Shown: positions 16,619-26,369, counted from the first letter of the stretch. The stretch is DNA of 64,000 bases from Clostridia bacterium (GCA_036677445.1 JAVBWI010000006.1:15462-79461), one strand, 5' to 3'. Program-made: numbers and translations. The notes: generated from the sequence alone by a model not told the origin.

Positions 16619-18460
16619 ATGAAGCGCATATTGGTAGTAGTATTTGTAATATTGCTGCTGTTTATGGCATTCCCATCCTTGGCGGAGACTGGCGAAGGAG
16701 AAACAATCACGGTCGATACCCATGGGAAGCTGGTATCCGGCGGCGCGATAAGAACGGGTCAAGCCGTTCGTTACCTATCCGCCGATACAAACGCGGAAAT
16801 CGACGCACTCATCAAAAAGGCGGCGCTTATTATACGGTGTGTTGTAGAATATGCGCCGCAAACGCCGCCGCAGAAGCTGAAAAACGGCGGTATCCAGGAA
16901 CATTCGCTGCAGCTAAGCTTTTTGTATAAGGGTAAGACCTACGGCGGTTCAGAATTCTGGCTGGATATTGACCGTACGAAATTCCTGCCCGGCAAGCAGG
17001 TCGACCTCAGGGCTGGCGACCGTGTGCTGCTGTTTTTGGGGCAGGAAGATGATAACGGTTCCCTGGAACCGCTTTATTTTGCTTATGATAGCGCGACCAA
17101 CGACGCCGCAGGCAACGAAGCCTATGCGCGGGTGCTTGACCGAGTAGAGCAAAAATGTAAAAAGCAGCTTTTCTTTTCCGATGACGCCGGTATGGTTTAC
17201 GGCATGGAAAAGGGAACCCCGGGCGCGCGCTTTGTATTTCCCACCGCGTCGGTGACGGATAAGACCTTGTATTGGCTCGGCCAATCCGGTGCGAAGAGGG
17301 TAACCATCTACCACTTTCAAAATGAAAAGGATTTCGCAGTCTGCTTTGATATGGTTAAGGGCTATGGGCTAAGCTATAAAGGGCAGCTCGTATATCCTGA
17401 TTCCAATATTCCCTACACCTGGTACGTAAACAAAGAAGCGTATGTGCTGGCACTGTACTGCGGCACAAATGAGGATATGCATCGTGACGCGGGTGAAAAA
17501 GCTTTTACGGCTTTGGACGGATTTTCTGTTCTGAGCGGCTATTTTAAAGATAATGTGCATACCCAATATCCTTTTGATCCCGTTTTTAAGAACAGGGCGG
17601 GAGAGACGGTCGTGATTTCTCCCCCGCCGGTCAAGCATGTCGGTACAATACGTGAGGTGCTCCAAAATACCGACGGGGTTTGTATTGCCAAAGTAAAAAA
17701 GGCGCCTGTGTGGCCTGAAAATAGCAACCGAATGCTTATGGAAGATTTTACTGCGCTCTCTCTCAAAATGAAATATGAGCTTGAAGTGTTGGAAGAAATC
17801 AAAAACGCGGGGACGGGATATATAACAATCTTCGCAGAGCCCGGCAGGCTGGCGGAAGGCAGAACCTACTTGCTGTTCCTTAGGGAAGGGATATCTGCGG
17901 ACGGAGAAGACTATTGCGCCATGCTTGCGTCCGGCGGAGCGGGCCCCTTTGCGCTGGAACTGGACGATCACGGCCGTGTGCTGCCGTTGTACCAATACGG
18001 CATGAAAGCCATACAGTCAAAGGAAGCATTTCTTAAAACGCTGCAGCGCAACAGGTATTATAAAGCCGTACCGGCGGATCATATGCAGCGTATGGTGCGG
18101 GAACTCCCCGCGCTGGCGGATGTCGGCGCGGAAGCCTTTGCATTTATAGGGGAAGTGGTACCGCCCGGAGGGGGCGGCAGGCCCGACGGCACACATGTAT
18201 ACTGCGCGGAGTTGAAGCTCCGCAAGGGCGTGCAAGCGCTTGAGTTTCAGTATTTCCCCTCTCCCGAAGCAGCACGAAAACGATGCGAGGCCATAAAGAA
18301 AAACGGCTCCGGCGGCAACATGCGGTATTATTCGCGTGGATATATCGTCGCTACGTACCACGGTCTGCAGGCGGATGAAAAGCAAACGGAGGCGCTTGTC
18401 AAACTGGATACGAAGATTTGTGTGGCGCTCACATCATATTTTGGCGAGCCAATCATGTAG
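16619..18460 (+). CDS. Secreted hypothetical protein (613 aa)
   Basis: AAGGAG lies 8 nt upstream of the ATG at 16619. Signal peptide is MKRILVVVFVILLLFMAFPSLA. I recognised no family motif. Confidence 0.6.
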   Translation: MKRILVVVFVILLLFMAFPSLAETGEGETITVDTHGKLVSGGAIRTGQAVRYLSADTNAEIDALIKKAALIIRCVVEYAPQTPPQKLKNGGIQEHSLQLSFLYKGKTYGGSEFWLDIDRTKFLPGKQVDLRAGDRVLLFLGQEDDNGSLEPLYFAYDSATNDAAGNEAYARVLDRVEQKCKKQLFFSDDAGMVYGMEKGTPGARFVFPTASVTDKTLYWLGQSGAKRVTIYHFQNEKDFAVCFDMVKGYGLSYKGQLVYPDSNIPYTWYVNKEAYVLALYCGTNEDMHRDAGEKAFTALDGFSVLSGYFKDNVHTQYPFDPVFKNRAGETVVISPPPVKHVGTIREVLQNTDGVCIAKVKKAPVWPENSNRMLMEDFTALSLKMKYELEVLEEIKNAGTGYITIFAEPGRLAEGRTYLLFLREGISADGEDYCAMLASGGAGPFALELDDHGRVLPLYQYGMKAIQSKEAFLKTLQRNRYYKAVPADHMQRMVRELPALADVGAEAFAFIGEVVPPGGGGRPDGTHVYCAELKLRKGVQALEFQYFPSPEAARKRCEAIKKNGSGGNMRYYSRGYIVATYHGLQADEKQTEALVKLDTKICVALTSYFGEPIM

Positions 18461-18541
18461 CCGACATTAAGATATTGAAAATAACCCATTCTGAATCCAA
18501 GAGGAGAGACTGCAAATAACAACCTGCGCAAAGCACCTGTG

Positions 18542-19615
18542 TTACAAATTCACGATTTCTTTGATGGTGATGTGGAGCGTGGAAAAATCCTGGGCCAGGT
18601 TTATGAACTCATCGGTCGGCTTTTTATCTCGTATGAGCCGTATCCTGGGGCGCAGGCAGGCGGATTCAAAGTTATTCACAACGATGCCGATGTCCCCGGT
18701 GCTAAGCTTCACACAGGTACCGATGGGGTAGGGCGCTATCCGCCGTGTGAACGCCGCGACGATGTCGGGATCAAACATGGTGTTGTAACCGCACATAATG
18801 TATTCCATGGCGTCGGAGGGAAGCATGGCGCGCCGGTATGGTCTGTCGGAAACAAGCGCATCGTACACGTCTACGATGCAGACGATACGGCTGTTGATGT
18901 GTATCTGATTGCCCGAGAGGCCGGAGGGGTAACCGCATCCGCTATATTGCTCGTGGTGGGTAAGCGCGACCAGCTTCGCCTCTTCCGGCAGGCCCTTGTT
19001 CGCGCAAAGATAATTGTACCCTAAAAGGCTGTGCCGGTGGGCCTGCTCAAGCTCTTCCGGCGTGAGTTTTCCGGGCTTGTTGATGATCTTTTTATCGATA
19101 AATACCTTTCCGATATCATGCATCAGCGCGCCCATGGTCAGGTCATTGAGCGCACGCGGGCTGAAGCCGAGCACCGTGCCCAGCACACACGAAAGCACGG
19201 CCACGTTGATGCTGTGGCTGAACGTATAATCGTCATATGTGCGAATATCCACAACGTTGACCATGGCGTTGCGGTTATGCATGATCTCTTCAACGATATT
19301 ACTGATAACGTCCCTGAGTCTGTCTGTATTGGATAAAGACCGGCGTCCAAAGCTGGATTCCGCATCCACGAACATGGCGCGGACCTCGCGTTTGGCCTTT
19401 TGCTTTAACTCGTCGCTGATGACGTGCGCGATTTGGATATCCGCAGATATATCGTCGTCGATATATACGCCCTGAAAGCCAAGCTGACGAATCTTGAGAA
19501 TTTGCGAGGCGGTAAGCGCAACGCCTTTGCGAAGAAGAAGGCGGTTCTTATCTAACACAAGATTGTTGGCAAGTATTTGTCCTACGCGCAAACAGTTCGC
19601 GGGAATATATCTCAT
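18542..19615 (-). CDS. HD-GYP domain c-di-GMP phosphodiesterase
   Basis: HSINVAVL, HDIGK and HHEQYSGCGYPSGL form the HD-GYP signature. Start set at MRYIPAN because AGGGAGA is upstream. The gene has the same orientation as cheA and lies 97 nt downstream of it. Confidence 0.85.
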   Translation of the reverse strand: MRYIPANCLRVGQILANNLVLDKNRLLLRKGVALTASQILKIRQLGFQGVYIDDDISADIQIAHVISDELKQKAKREVRAMFVDAESSFGRRSLSNTDRLRDVISNIVEEIMHNRNAMVNVVDIRTYDDYTFSHSINVAVLSCVLGTVLGFSPRALNDLTMGALMHDIGKVFIDKKIINKPGKLTPEELEQAHRHSLLGYNYLCANKGLPEEAKLVALTHHEQYSGCGYPSGLSGNQIHINSRIVCIVDVYDALVSDRPYRRAMLPSDAMEYIMCGYNTMFDPDIVAAFTRRIAPYPIGTCVKLSTGDIGIVVNNFESACLRPRIRLIRDKKPTDEFINLAQDFSTLHITIKEIVNL

Positions 19616-19712
19616 GCTGGTCTCCCTTGTACATGGATGTTGCACATATATCGCTCATCGCAGAACTGAACACGTCCAATGCGATGAATAGAATACGGAC
19701 GCATCACTTATT

Positions 19713-21719
19713 TTATTCTAACAGACCGTTTACGTCAAGAATCAGACTGATGCTGCCGTCGCCGAGTATCGTGCAGCCGGCGATGCCGCGAAGCCAGCCG
19801 AGTGAACGCGAAATGTACGAGGGAAGAGGCTTAATGACCGTTTGCTGTTCGCCTATTAGGCTGTCTACAAACAGACAGTATGTCTTTTCGTCGCCCTCGA
19901 GGAGCACAAGTATGCCATCCTCAAATGCCGTAACGGCATCGTCGAGGCCAAACAGTCGGTGCAGCCGCAGCACGGGATAGCACTTGCCCCGGATGAGTAT
20001 CATTTCATTCCCATCGGGGTCCATGAATACCTCGCCATGGGAAGGCTTGAAGGATTTGGTGATGTTTAAAAGCGGCAATATAAATATGGAACCGCCCACA
20101 GCCACCTGCATGCCTGTGATAATAGCGAGCGTAAGGGGTATACGGAACTGCACGCTCATGCCTTCGCCGGGTACGCTGTCAATAGAAAGGGATCCCCCCA
20201 TTTTCTCGACATTCCTTTGCACGACATCCATTCCGACGCCTCTGCCGGAAAATTCCGTTACGATTTCGTTGGTGGAAAAGCCGGGGGTGAATATGAGCGC
20301 ATAAGCTTCCTTATCCGATATTTCGTTTTCCGGTTTTTTCACAAGCCCCCGCTCAATGCCTTTTTTAATGAGCTTTTCGCGATCAAGACCGCATCCGTCG
20401 TCAGATATGACGATTACGACGTCGCCGCCCGTGTTGCGCGCATCTACCGTGATTTTTCCGACGGCAGGCTTGCCCGCCGAAATGCGCTCTTCTGCTGATT
20501 CAATGCCGTGATCTATCGAGTTTCGGATAATATGCATAAGCGGATCGCCGAGGTTATCGATGACGCTTTTGTCCATTTCCGTATCTTCGCCGCTGATGAT
20601 CAATTCCGCCTGCTTGTCTGTTTTCTTGCAAATGTCCCGGAGTATGCGTTCAAGCCTGTGAAATGTCGCGGATATGGGTATCATGCGTATAGACATAACG
20701 GTATCCTGCAATTCATCGGTGAGCTTACGAAGCTGACGGGATGCCTTTTCAAATGAGTCGATGTGCATGGAAGATACTTCAGGGTTCTTGGTGACCGTGG
20801 TTTCCGTAATCACGATTTCTCCCACGAGGTCCATAAGCTTGTCCAGCTTTTCCAACCGTACGCTCATATAACTTTGATTTTGGTGTGCGTTCAGCTTTTC
20901 ATCGACTTGTTCGGTTTCTGCGGGGGTATCCCGCAGAATCTGCTTGTCGGCATGCAGGGGCGTGCCGGAAGCATCGGCAAGCTCCTCGAATGTCAGCGAA
21001 GCGATAAAGAAATTCGCGGTTATCTTCTCCTTTAAGATGCGAGCATCTGCGGCAGATTCCATAAACAGCGTGAAGCCGTTTTCAATGATAAAATCATCGC
21101 TGTTTACCTTCAGTACATCCTCAGGTACGGTAACGATGCTTGAACAAAGCGCCTCAATGGATTTTACGATGCCGAAGGCGCGGACGTTTTCCATTTTGCA
21201 ATCCGGCTCGAATACAACCTTCGCCTTATAATGCCTGCAGTCCGGGCAGGCAGACGCATTGACGGCTGCGCCTGCGGCTTGCGGAACCGCTTCGGCATCC
21301 TCTTCCACGGCAGCTTCATCGGATTTTAGCTGCTGGTGGAATTTCGCGATCTTGTCAAGCAGTGCTTGCGGGTTGCTTGCAGGCGGTACGCCCTCCTGCA
21401 GCTTTTCGATTTCGCTCTTTAAAAAATCCTGTGCCGCAAAAACAAGATCGCACACCTTGCGGTGGTGATATGGCTTGCTCTTATTGTCGCGAATAAAGGA
21501 AAAAAGATCTTCCATGGCATGAGAGAGCCTTGCCAAACCATCATAGCTCATCATTCCGGACGACCCTTTAATCGTATGCAAGATGCGGAATATCGCATCT
21601 ACCTGTTTTTCCGTGAAACGCTTCGCCTTTTCGGCGGTGAGCATCAGCGTTTCAAGCTGTTCGAGCAACTGGAGATTTTCAAAAATATAGACTTCCAACA
21701 GCGAATCATTCTGGGACAT
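19713..21719 (-). CDS. cheA: Chemotaxis histidine kinase CheA
   Basis: The HPt domain carries ILHTIKGSSGMM. Kinase motifs are HIIRNSIDHG, DDGCGLD and GRGVGMDVV, and there is a C-terminal CheW-like domain. Start at MSQND has SD AGAGGGG. Confidence 0.95.
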   Translation of the reverse strand: MSQNDSLLEVYIFENLQLLEQLETLMLTAEKAKRFTEKQVDAIFRILHTIKGSSGMMSYDGLARLSHAMEDLFSFIRDNKSKPYHHRKVCDLVFAAQDFLKSEIEKLQEGVPPASNPQALLDKIAKFHQQLKSDEAAVEEDAEAVPQAAGAAVNASACPDCRHYKAKVVFEPDCKMENVRAFGIVKSIEALCSSIVTVPEDVLKVNSDDFIIENGFTLFMESAADARILKEKITANFFIASLTFEELADASGTPLHADKQILRDTPAETEQVDEKLNAHQNQSYMSVRLEKLDKLMDLVGEIVITETTVTKNPEVSSMHIDSFEKASRQLRKLTDELQDTVMSIRMIPISATFHRLERILRDICKKTDKQAELIISGEDTEMDKSVIDNLGDPLMHIIRNSIDHGIESAEERISAGKPAVGKITVDARNTGGDVVIVISDDGCGLDREKLIKKGIERGLVKKPENEISDKEAYALIFTPGFSTNEIVTEFSGRGVGMDVVQRNVEKMGGSLSIDSVPGEGMSVQFRIPLTLAIITGMQVAVGGSIFILPLLNITKSFKPSHGEVFMDPDGNEMILIRGKCYPVLRLHRLFGLDDAVTAFEDGILVLLEGDEKTYCLFVDSLIGEQQTVIKPLPSYISRSLGWLRGIAGCTILGDGSISLILDVNGLLE

Positions 21720-21766
21720 GAGAACACCCCTCTTGCCTTCGTTATGTTGCACACATCGGTGTGCCT

Positions 21767-22123
21767 TTACTTGATGTTAGCGAGTGCGCTGACGATGACG
21801 TCTTCCTTAAAAGGCTTGACAATAAAACCCTTTGCGCCCGCCATGATTGCCTCGCGCACCATGCTTTCCTGGCCCATTGCGGAGACCATAATGACATTTG
21901 CCTGCGGCTTGTAGGTGAGAATTGCCTTCAGGCTTGCCAACCCGTCCATCTCAGGCATGGTGATATCCATTGTGACGATGTCCGGCGACAGCTCCTTATA
22001 ACGCTGCAAGCCGATTTCACCGTTTTCGGCTTCCCCGCAAACCTCGTAACCGTGCTTTGCAAGGATGTTTTTGATGGATATCCTCATAAAAGCAGCATCA
22101 TCCACCACGAGAACCCTTTTCAT
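21767..22123 (-). CDS. cheY: Chemotaxis response regulator CheY
   Basis: 118 aa REC domain with VLVVDDAAFMR, DITMPEMDG and AKGFIVKPF. AGGAGG lies upstream of MKRV. Confidence 0.9.
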   Translation of the reverse strand: MKRVLVVDDAAFMRISIKNILAKHGYEVCGEAENGEIGLQRYKELSPDIVTMDITMPEMDGLASLKAILTYKPQANVIMVSAMGQESMVREAIMAGAKGFIVKPFKEDVIVSALANIK

Positions 22124-22173
22124 AACGAACCTCCTGTTGCTAAACAATTTGTTTCATAAAGGTATTTGTATAG

Positions 22174-22659
22174 TTAAAGCGTCTTTTCCGATTTTGGCCA
22201 AGCAGTGCGCACGTTCAACGCACCCGTACTGCAATCGAATATAATGGTTCGCCCTATGTTGCCGCCCGTATCTTCATTTAATATGGAAATAGACCGCCGC
22301 TTCAGTACCGCACGGCACATTTCAACATTTCGCCTGCCTACCTGCATAATATCGGTATTTGTGGCCGTATTGAACATACTTGCGCCGCCCGCGAGCTTTG
22401 CAACAAGCGTATGCGCACAGGCCCCGGCGGCAACCATACGGCGGATCAGCTCGTCTATGGCGGTGTCCGCATATTTGGCCTTATTCAATTCCGCATCTCC
22501 TCCGGGCGCTGCCGGAAGCAATATATGGGAAAGCCCGCCGATTTTGTTTGTTCTGTCGTATAATACAACGCCGACACAGGAACCAAGCCCCAGCGTTGTC
22601 AAAGTATCCGGCGATTTGGCAAGCGCCATATCGGCGATACCGATGATTGTGTTCGCCAT
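22174..22659 (-). CDS. cheD: Chemoreceptor glutamine deamidase CheD
   Basis: GIADMALAK..LTTLGLGSCVGVVLYD and GGASMF are CheD motifs. Confidence 0.9.
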   Translation of the reverse strand: MANTIIGIADMALAKSPDTLTTLGLGSCVGVVLYDRTNKIGGLSHILLPAAPGGDAELNKAKYADTAIDELIRRMVAAGACAHTLVAKLAGGASMFNTATNTDIMQVGRRNVEMCRAVLKRRSISILNEDTGGNIGRTIIFDCSTGALNVRTAWPKSEKTL

Positions 22660-22660
22660 A

Positions 22661-23323
22661 TTACGCTATTCCCATCTTATGCATAAGTAAATCGTGTGAT
22701 TCGATATCCGGTATCAGGAAAAAATGACCGGATATATATTCATTGCGGTCCACGAATACGGTTTCTAGAAGTAGAACGGTGTCTCCGAACGTACCATACA
22801 TGGCGGCAGGCAGATTCATCATGGCGCCGGCCATGTCGATAGCGAAGCCTGGGACGGAACAATTGATGTAGAGGTCTGTGAGCGAAGCGATGGCGTTGAC
22901 ATATGCACCGCATAGTATATTGGCAATTTCCATAAGTGCCGAACGCTGCATTTCTGAAGGGAATTCCGGCTCATCGTTTTCTTCCACGCCCATCGTACAC
23001 AGCAATGCTTTGGAAAGCTTCCGGGAATCTTCCAGCGTTTGTACAAACAATATAGCGCCGCGCAAGTCGCCGCACATTTCCACAAGCGAACCGGTAACAA
23101 GCTGCTCGGCGCCGCCGAGCAGCTCGCCCATCTTTGAAAAATCGCAGAAGCACGCACTTGGTACGTTTAGCCCGATCTGACGATCCAGCATGTTTGCCAG
23201 TGCGGTTGCAGCATTGCCTGCGCCTATGTTTTCCAACTCCCGCAGGAAATCCATTTGTATCGTATTTAATCCGCCAATATGTATGACGACCACCCTTTCA
23301 TGTACATGCGGACGCTCTATCAA
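22661..23323 (-). CDS. cheC: CheY-P phosphatase CheC (start uncertain; the true start may be a few codons downstream)
   Basis: LRELENIGAGNAATALANML and EIANILCGAY are the duplicated CheC motifs. The ORF-track start is TTG at 23323. Confidence 0.85.
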   Translation of the reverse strand: MIERPHVHERVVVIHIGGLNTIQMDFLRELENIGAGNAATALANMLDRQIGLNVPSACFCDFSKMGELLGGAEQLVTGSLVEMCGDLRGAILFVQTLEDSRKLSKALLCTMGVEENDEPEFPSEMQRSALMEIANILCGAYVNAIASLTDLYINCSVPGFAIDMAGAMMNLPAAMYGTFGDTVLLLETVFVDRNEYISGHFFLIPDIESHDLLMHKMGIA

Positions 23324-23378
23324 TAAACCTCAGACCCGCAGGCATTCTGTCGGCTTATCATAAAAGCAGCCCGCCACG

Positions 23379-23405
23379 TTTGCGGCCAAGGATGCCGACA
23401 ATTTA
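23379..23405 (-). promoter_or_regulatory. Weak sigma-28-like promoter candidate facing cheC
   Basis: On the minus strand: TAAA-15 nt-GCCGCAAA, compared with the B. subtilis SigD consensus TAAA-N15-GCCGATAT. The -10 matches 5/8 positions against GCCGATAT, or 6/8 if GCCGATAA is used. Confidence 0.3.
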
Positions 23406-23430
23406 TATATCGTGATTTTGATAAAAAGGG

Positions 23431-23457
23431 TTAATGTTTTCTGATAAAATCCGATAA
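23431..23457 (+). promoter_or_regulatory. Sigma-28 (FliA/SigD)-like promoter candidate for the 23560.. operon
   Basis: TTAA-15 nt-TCCGATAA. The -10 matches GCCGATAA at 7 of 8 positions. It lies about 100 nt upstream of the ATG at 23560. Confidence 0.45.
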
Positions 23458-23559
23458 ATGATTGTCGGCATAGTAAAAGCAGGATGCGAATTTGCTTTGC
23501 CGGTGCAAGCTTCCATGCAAGAAGGAAGGATCCTATTACTTGTAACGGAGGAAAAAGCA

Positions 23560-24618
23560 ATGAAAATAGCAAACTATAGCGTAAATGCACAAAGCGAGCA
23601 TTTATTGGAGAAAACAAGCTTTTCTGCGGAGCGGCTCGACATTTGGGCGGGCGAGGGCCCTGCGCTTACGGCGCAGGAAGAGGAGTCTTCTTTTATTGTG
23701 GAGCTTGGTTCGGCAGGCGCAAAACATCAGTTTGTATCAAGCAGCAGTTCTGCAGCAGGCACGCAGGGGGAAGGCGGCAGCGCGGTAAATGAATTGGATA
23801 TCAAGATCAGGCTGATCGAATCTTTAGTATATGCACTCACGGGCAAGCGTATCAGGTTGAGCACGCCTTCTCTGGATATAAAAAGCCTGCGTATGGAACG
23901 CAGCGGAGTGTCATCCTTCTCATTTGTGGACGCAGCGCCGGATGCGGGCGTGGGCTGGGGCATCGCCTACGACAAATTCGAAAGTTACTCTGAAACGGAG
24001 CAGATACGTTATACCTCTTCGGGCAGCGTGCAAACGGCGGACGGAAGAAATATTTCGTTTCACATGGACTTCTCCATGTCGCGCAGTTATTATGAAGCAA
24101 ACAGTCTGAGCATCCGCCTGGGCGATGCGGTACGGATGGATCCGCTTGTGATTGCATATGCAGGTACGGGGCCGCGGTTAAGTAAGGAAAAATATAGCTT
24201 CGACCTCAATGGCGACGGAAAAAACGAAAACATCTCCTTTGCAACAGGCGGCAGCGGCTTCCTGGCGCTTGATAAAAACGGAGATGGTAAGATCAACGAT
24301 GGTACGGAGCTTTTTGGCACACAAAGCGGCAACGGCTTTGCGGACCTTCGGGCATACGACGTGGACAAGAACGGCTGGATAGATGAATCCGACCCCGTAT
24401 TCAGCATGCTTTCGGTATTTACCATCGGAGCAGACGGAGAAAAGACTCTGTTTTCGCTGGGCGAAGCGGGCGTGGGCGCGATTTATCTCAACGAGACCGC
24501 AACACAGTTTGCGTTTACCGATGGTCGTGCGAGCGACGGAATGATGCAATCCAGCTCGGTTTTCTTAAGGGAAAACGGTACGGCAGGTACGATCCATCAT
24601 ATCGACCTGACGATATAG
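23560..24618 (+). CDS. Hypothetical protein with three EF-hand-like Ca-binding loops
   Basis: GGAGG lies upstream of the ATG at 23560. The loops are DLNGDGKNE, DKNGDGKINDGTE and DVDKNGWIDESD (24202-24393). There is no signal peptide. Confidence 0.6.
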   Translation: MKIANYSVNAQSEHLLEKTSFSAERLDIWAGEGPALTAQEEESSFIVELGSAGAKHQFVSSSSSAAGTQGEGGSAVNELDIKIRLIESLVYALTGKRIRLSTPSLDIKSLRMERSGVSSFSFVDAAPDAGVGWGIAYDKFESYSETEQIRYTSSGSVQTADGRNISFHMDFSMSRSYYEANSLSIRLGDAVRMDPLVIAYAGTGPRLSKEKYSFDLNGDGKNENISFATGGSGFLALDKNGDGKINDGTELFGTQSGNGFADLRAYDVDKNGWIDESDPVFSMLSVFTIGADGEKTLFSLGEAGVGAIYLNETATQFAFTDGRASDGMMQSSSVFLRENGTAGTIHHIDLTI

Positions 24619-24677
24619 CTATATACCGGATAAGAAATGTGCTTCTGGGCTGAACATACCGACGAAAGAGATCTGCA

Positions 24678-26369
24678 ATGAGGGTTGAACCGATCGCGCG
24701 GCAGGGCGCTCTGACCGACGTACAGGCTGAACAAAGGCCTGCTCTGCCGCAAAAGGGAGATGTCATCCGGGCGACCGTGCTCTCGCAGGAAGGCGAAAGC
24801 GTTTCGTTGAAGGGCGAGGACGGGCGTGTGTTCAATGCGCGGCTTGCTTCCGAGACTATGCTTCTTCCCAACGATATCGCCGAGCTCATGGTCATCGAGA
24901 GTATGACGGACAAGCTTATACTGCGGCTGGTTTTTGTAGAGCCCGCGCCGCAGGGCGGGGTGGCGGCGGAGACCGTTCGTACAGCACAAACTGCCACATG
25001 CAATACGGATACGGCCGCGCTTATCGACGTATTTGCAAGCCTGCATATAAAGCCCTCCGCACAAACGCTCGCAACCGCGGCATATGTGATGGAAAAATAC
25101 GGGGCGGATGAAAAAACAGCCGTGTTCTTTGCCGCAAACGATATTGTGGCAACCGGTGAAAGTATAAAGGCGTTTCAGTCGCTTACCGAAGGAAAAACGA
25201 TCGGGAAAACGCTGTATGCGATCTCACAGAGCATAGAGGGCGCGTTTGCCGAAGCCGCAGGGCAGGCCGGCGGCGTAAAACCGGCGTTACCGCAACCGGC
25301 TGTAAACACGCAGGAAACGGTACCGCAGGATATAGCGACGGCGGACAAGAACGCGGCGCAAAATACAGTGGCTGACGGCGTGAAAGAGGTCTCACCGCAG
25401 ACAACTGCGAACGTATCGGAAACAGTGCCGCAGCAGGATATGGCGGCGAAGGATACAGCACAAAACGCAACCCCGAACGCCGCGCCGCGCGAAGGGACGC
25501 CTATGCCGGACGGCGGTGCGCAAATGTCCGATAATGAGGTAAATACGGCCGGGGCGGGCGGCATGCAAGGTAAGGCTGCAAACACAGCCCAACCCCCTGC
25601 CGCACAAACAGGCATCAATGTGCAAGCGGCTTCCGCCGAACCTGCCGATGCTACGCACGATGCAAGGGGTGACGCCTTGCTGACAAATAAATCTGTTGAA
25701 GTGGAAGACGCTGCCGCATACACTTCAAAGGAACCGCCGGTTACGGGCGGGCAATCGCAGGGTGTGCAAAGCCTTGCGGAAAAGATTCTCTTGGTTTTTA
25801 CTAAAGTGGATGAGAGCCTGGATGCGCAAACGCTGAAAACCGCCGCCGAACAGACGCCGTACAAGCTTGCACAGCTTCAGAAGCTCATAAAAAATATCGA
25901 AATAGGTAATAAGGAAACGGTCTCCTCACAGTTATCGGAGGTAAATGCGCAGGCGAAGCTCACCCAGGATATTTCCAGATTCATTTGCATGCAGATACCT
26001 ATCCGCCAAAACGGGTATGACTCGGCGGAACTGTATATCTATAAGCGAAACAGGAAGGGCGCGCGGATCGATGCCGAAAACACGTCTGTGATATTGGGTC
26101 TCTCCACACAAAACATAGGCCGTGTGGAAGCGCTGATAAGGGTGGAGAACCGGAGCATATCCTTAACGTTTGGCGTTGAGAACGAGGCTGCGATACCGGC
26201 TTTTCGCGAGAGGTCCATGGAACTGTACAAGACGCTAAGCGGTATGCGCTATTCGCTCGCCGAGTTCAAGGTATCCGCGCTCAGCGAGCCTACCACGCCC
26301 GCCAACGCGGAGGAGTTTTTGACGGCGTCCATGCAAAAGACCGGCGCGTCGATTGATTACAGAGTATGA
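24678..26369 (+). CDS. FliK-like (flagellar hook-length control-like) protein
   Basis: It has a long low-complexity Ala/Gln/Thr/Pro centre. The C-terminal region (LGLSTQNIGRVEALIRVENRSISLTFGVENE...LYKTLSGMRYSLAEFKV) resembles the Flg_hook domain pattern. It is coupled by ATGA to a FlhB-C paralog. Confidence 0.5.
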   Translation: MRVEPIARQGALTDVQAEQRPALPQKGDVIRATVLSQEGESVSLKGEDGRVFNARLASETMLLPNDIAELMVIESMTDKLILRLVFVEPAPQGGVAAETVRTAQTATCNTDTAALIDVFASLHIKPSAQTLATAAYVMEKYGADEKTAVFFAANDIVATGESIKAFQSLTEGKTIGKTLYAISQSIEGAFAEAAGQAGGVKPALPQPAVNTQETVPQDIATADKNAAQNTVADGVKEVSPQTTANVSETVPQQDMAAKDTAQNATPNAAPREGTPMPDGGAQMSDNEVNTAGAGGMQGKAANTAQPPAAQTGINVQAASAEPADATHDARGDALLTNKSVEVEDAAAYTSKEPPVTGGQSQGVQSLAEKILLVFTKVDESLDAQTLKTAAEQTPYKLAQLQKLIKNIEIGNKETVSSQLSEVNAQAKLTQDISRFICMQIPIRQNGYDSAELYIYKRNRKGARIDAENTSVILGLSTQNIGRVEALIRVENRSISLTFGVENEAAIPAFRERSMELYKTLSGMRYSLAEFKVSALSEPTTPANAEEFLTASMQKTGASIDYRV

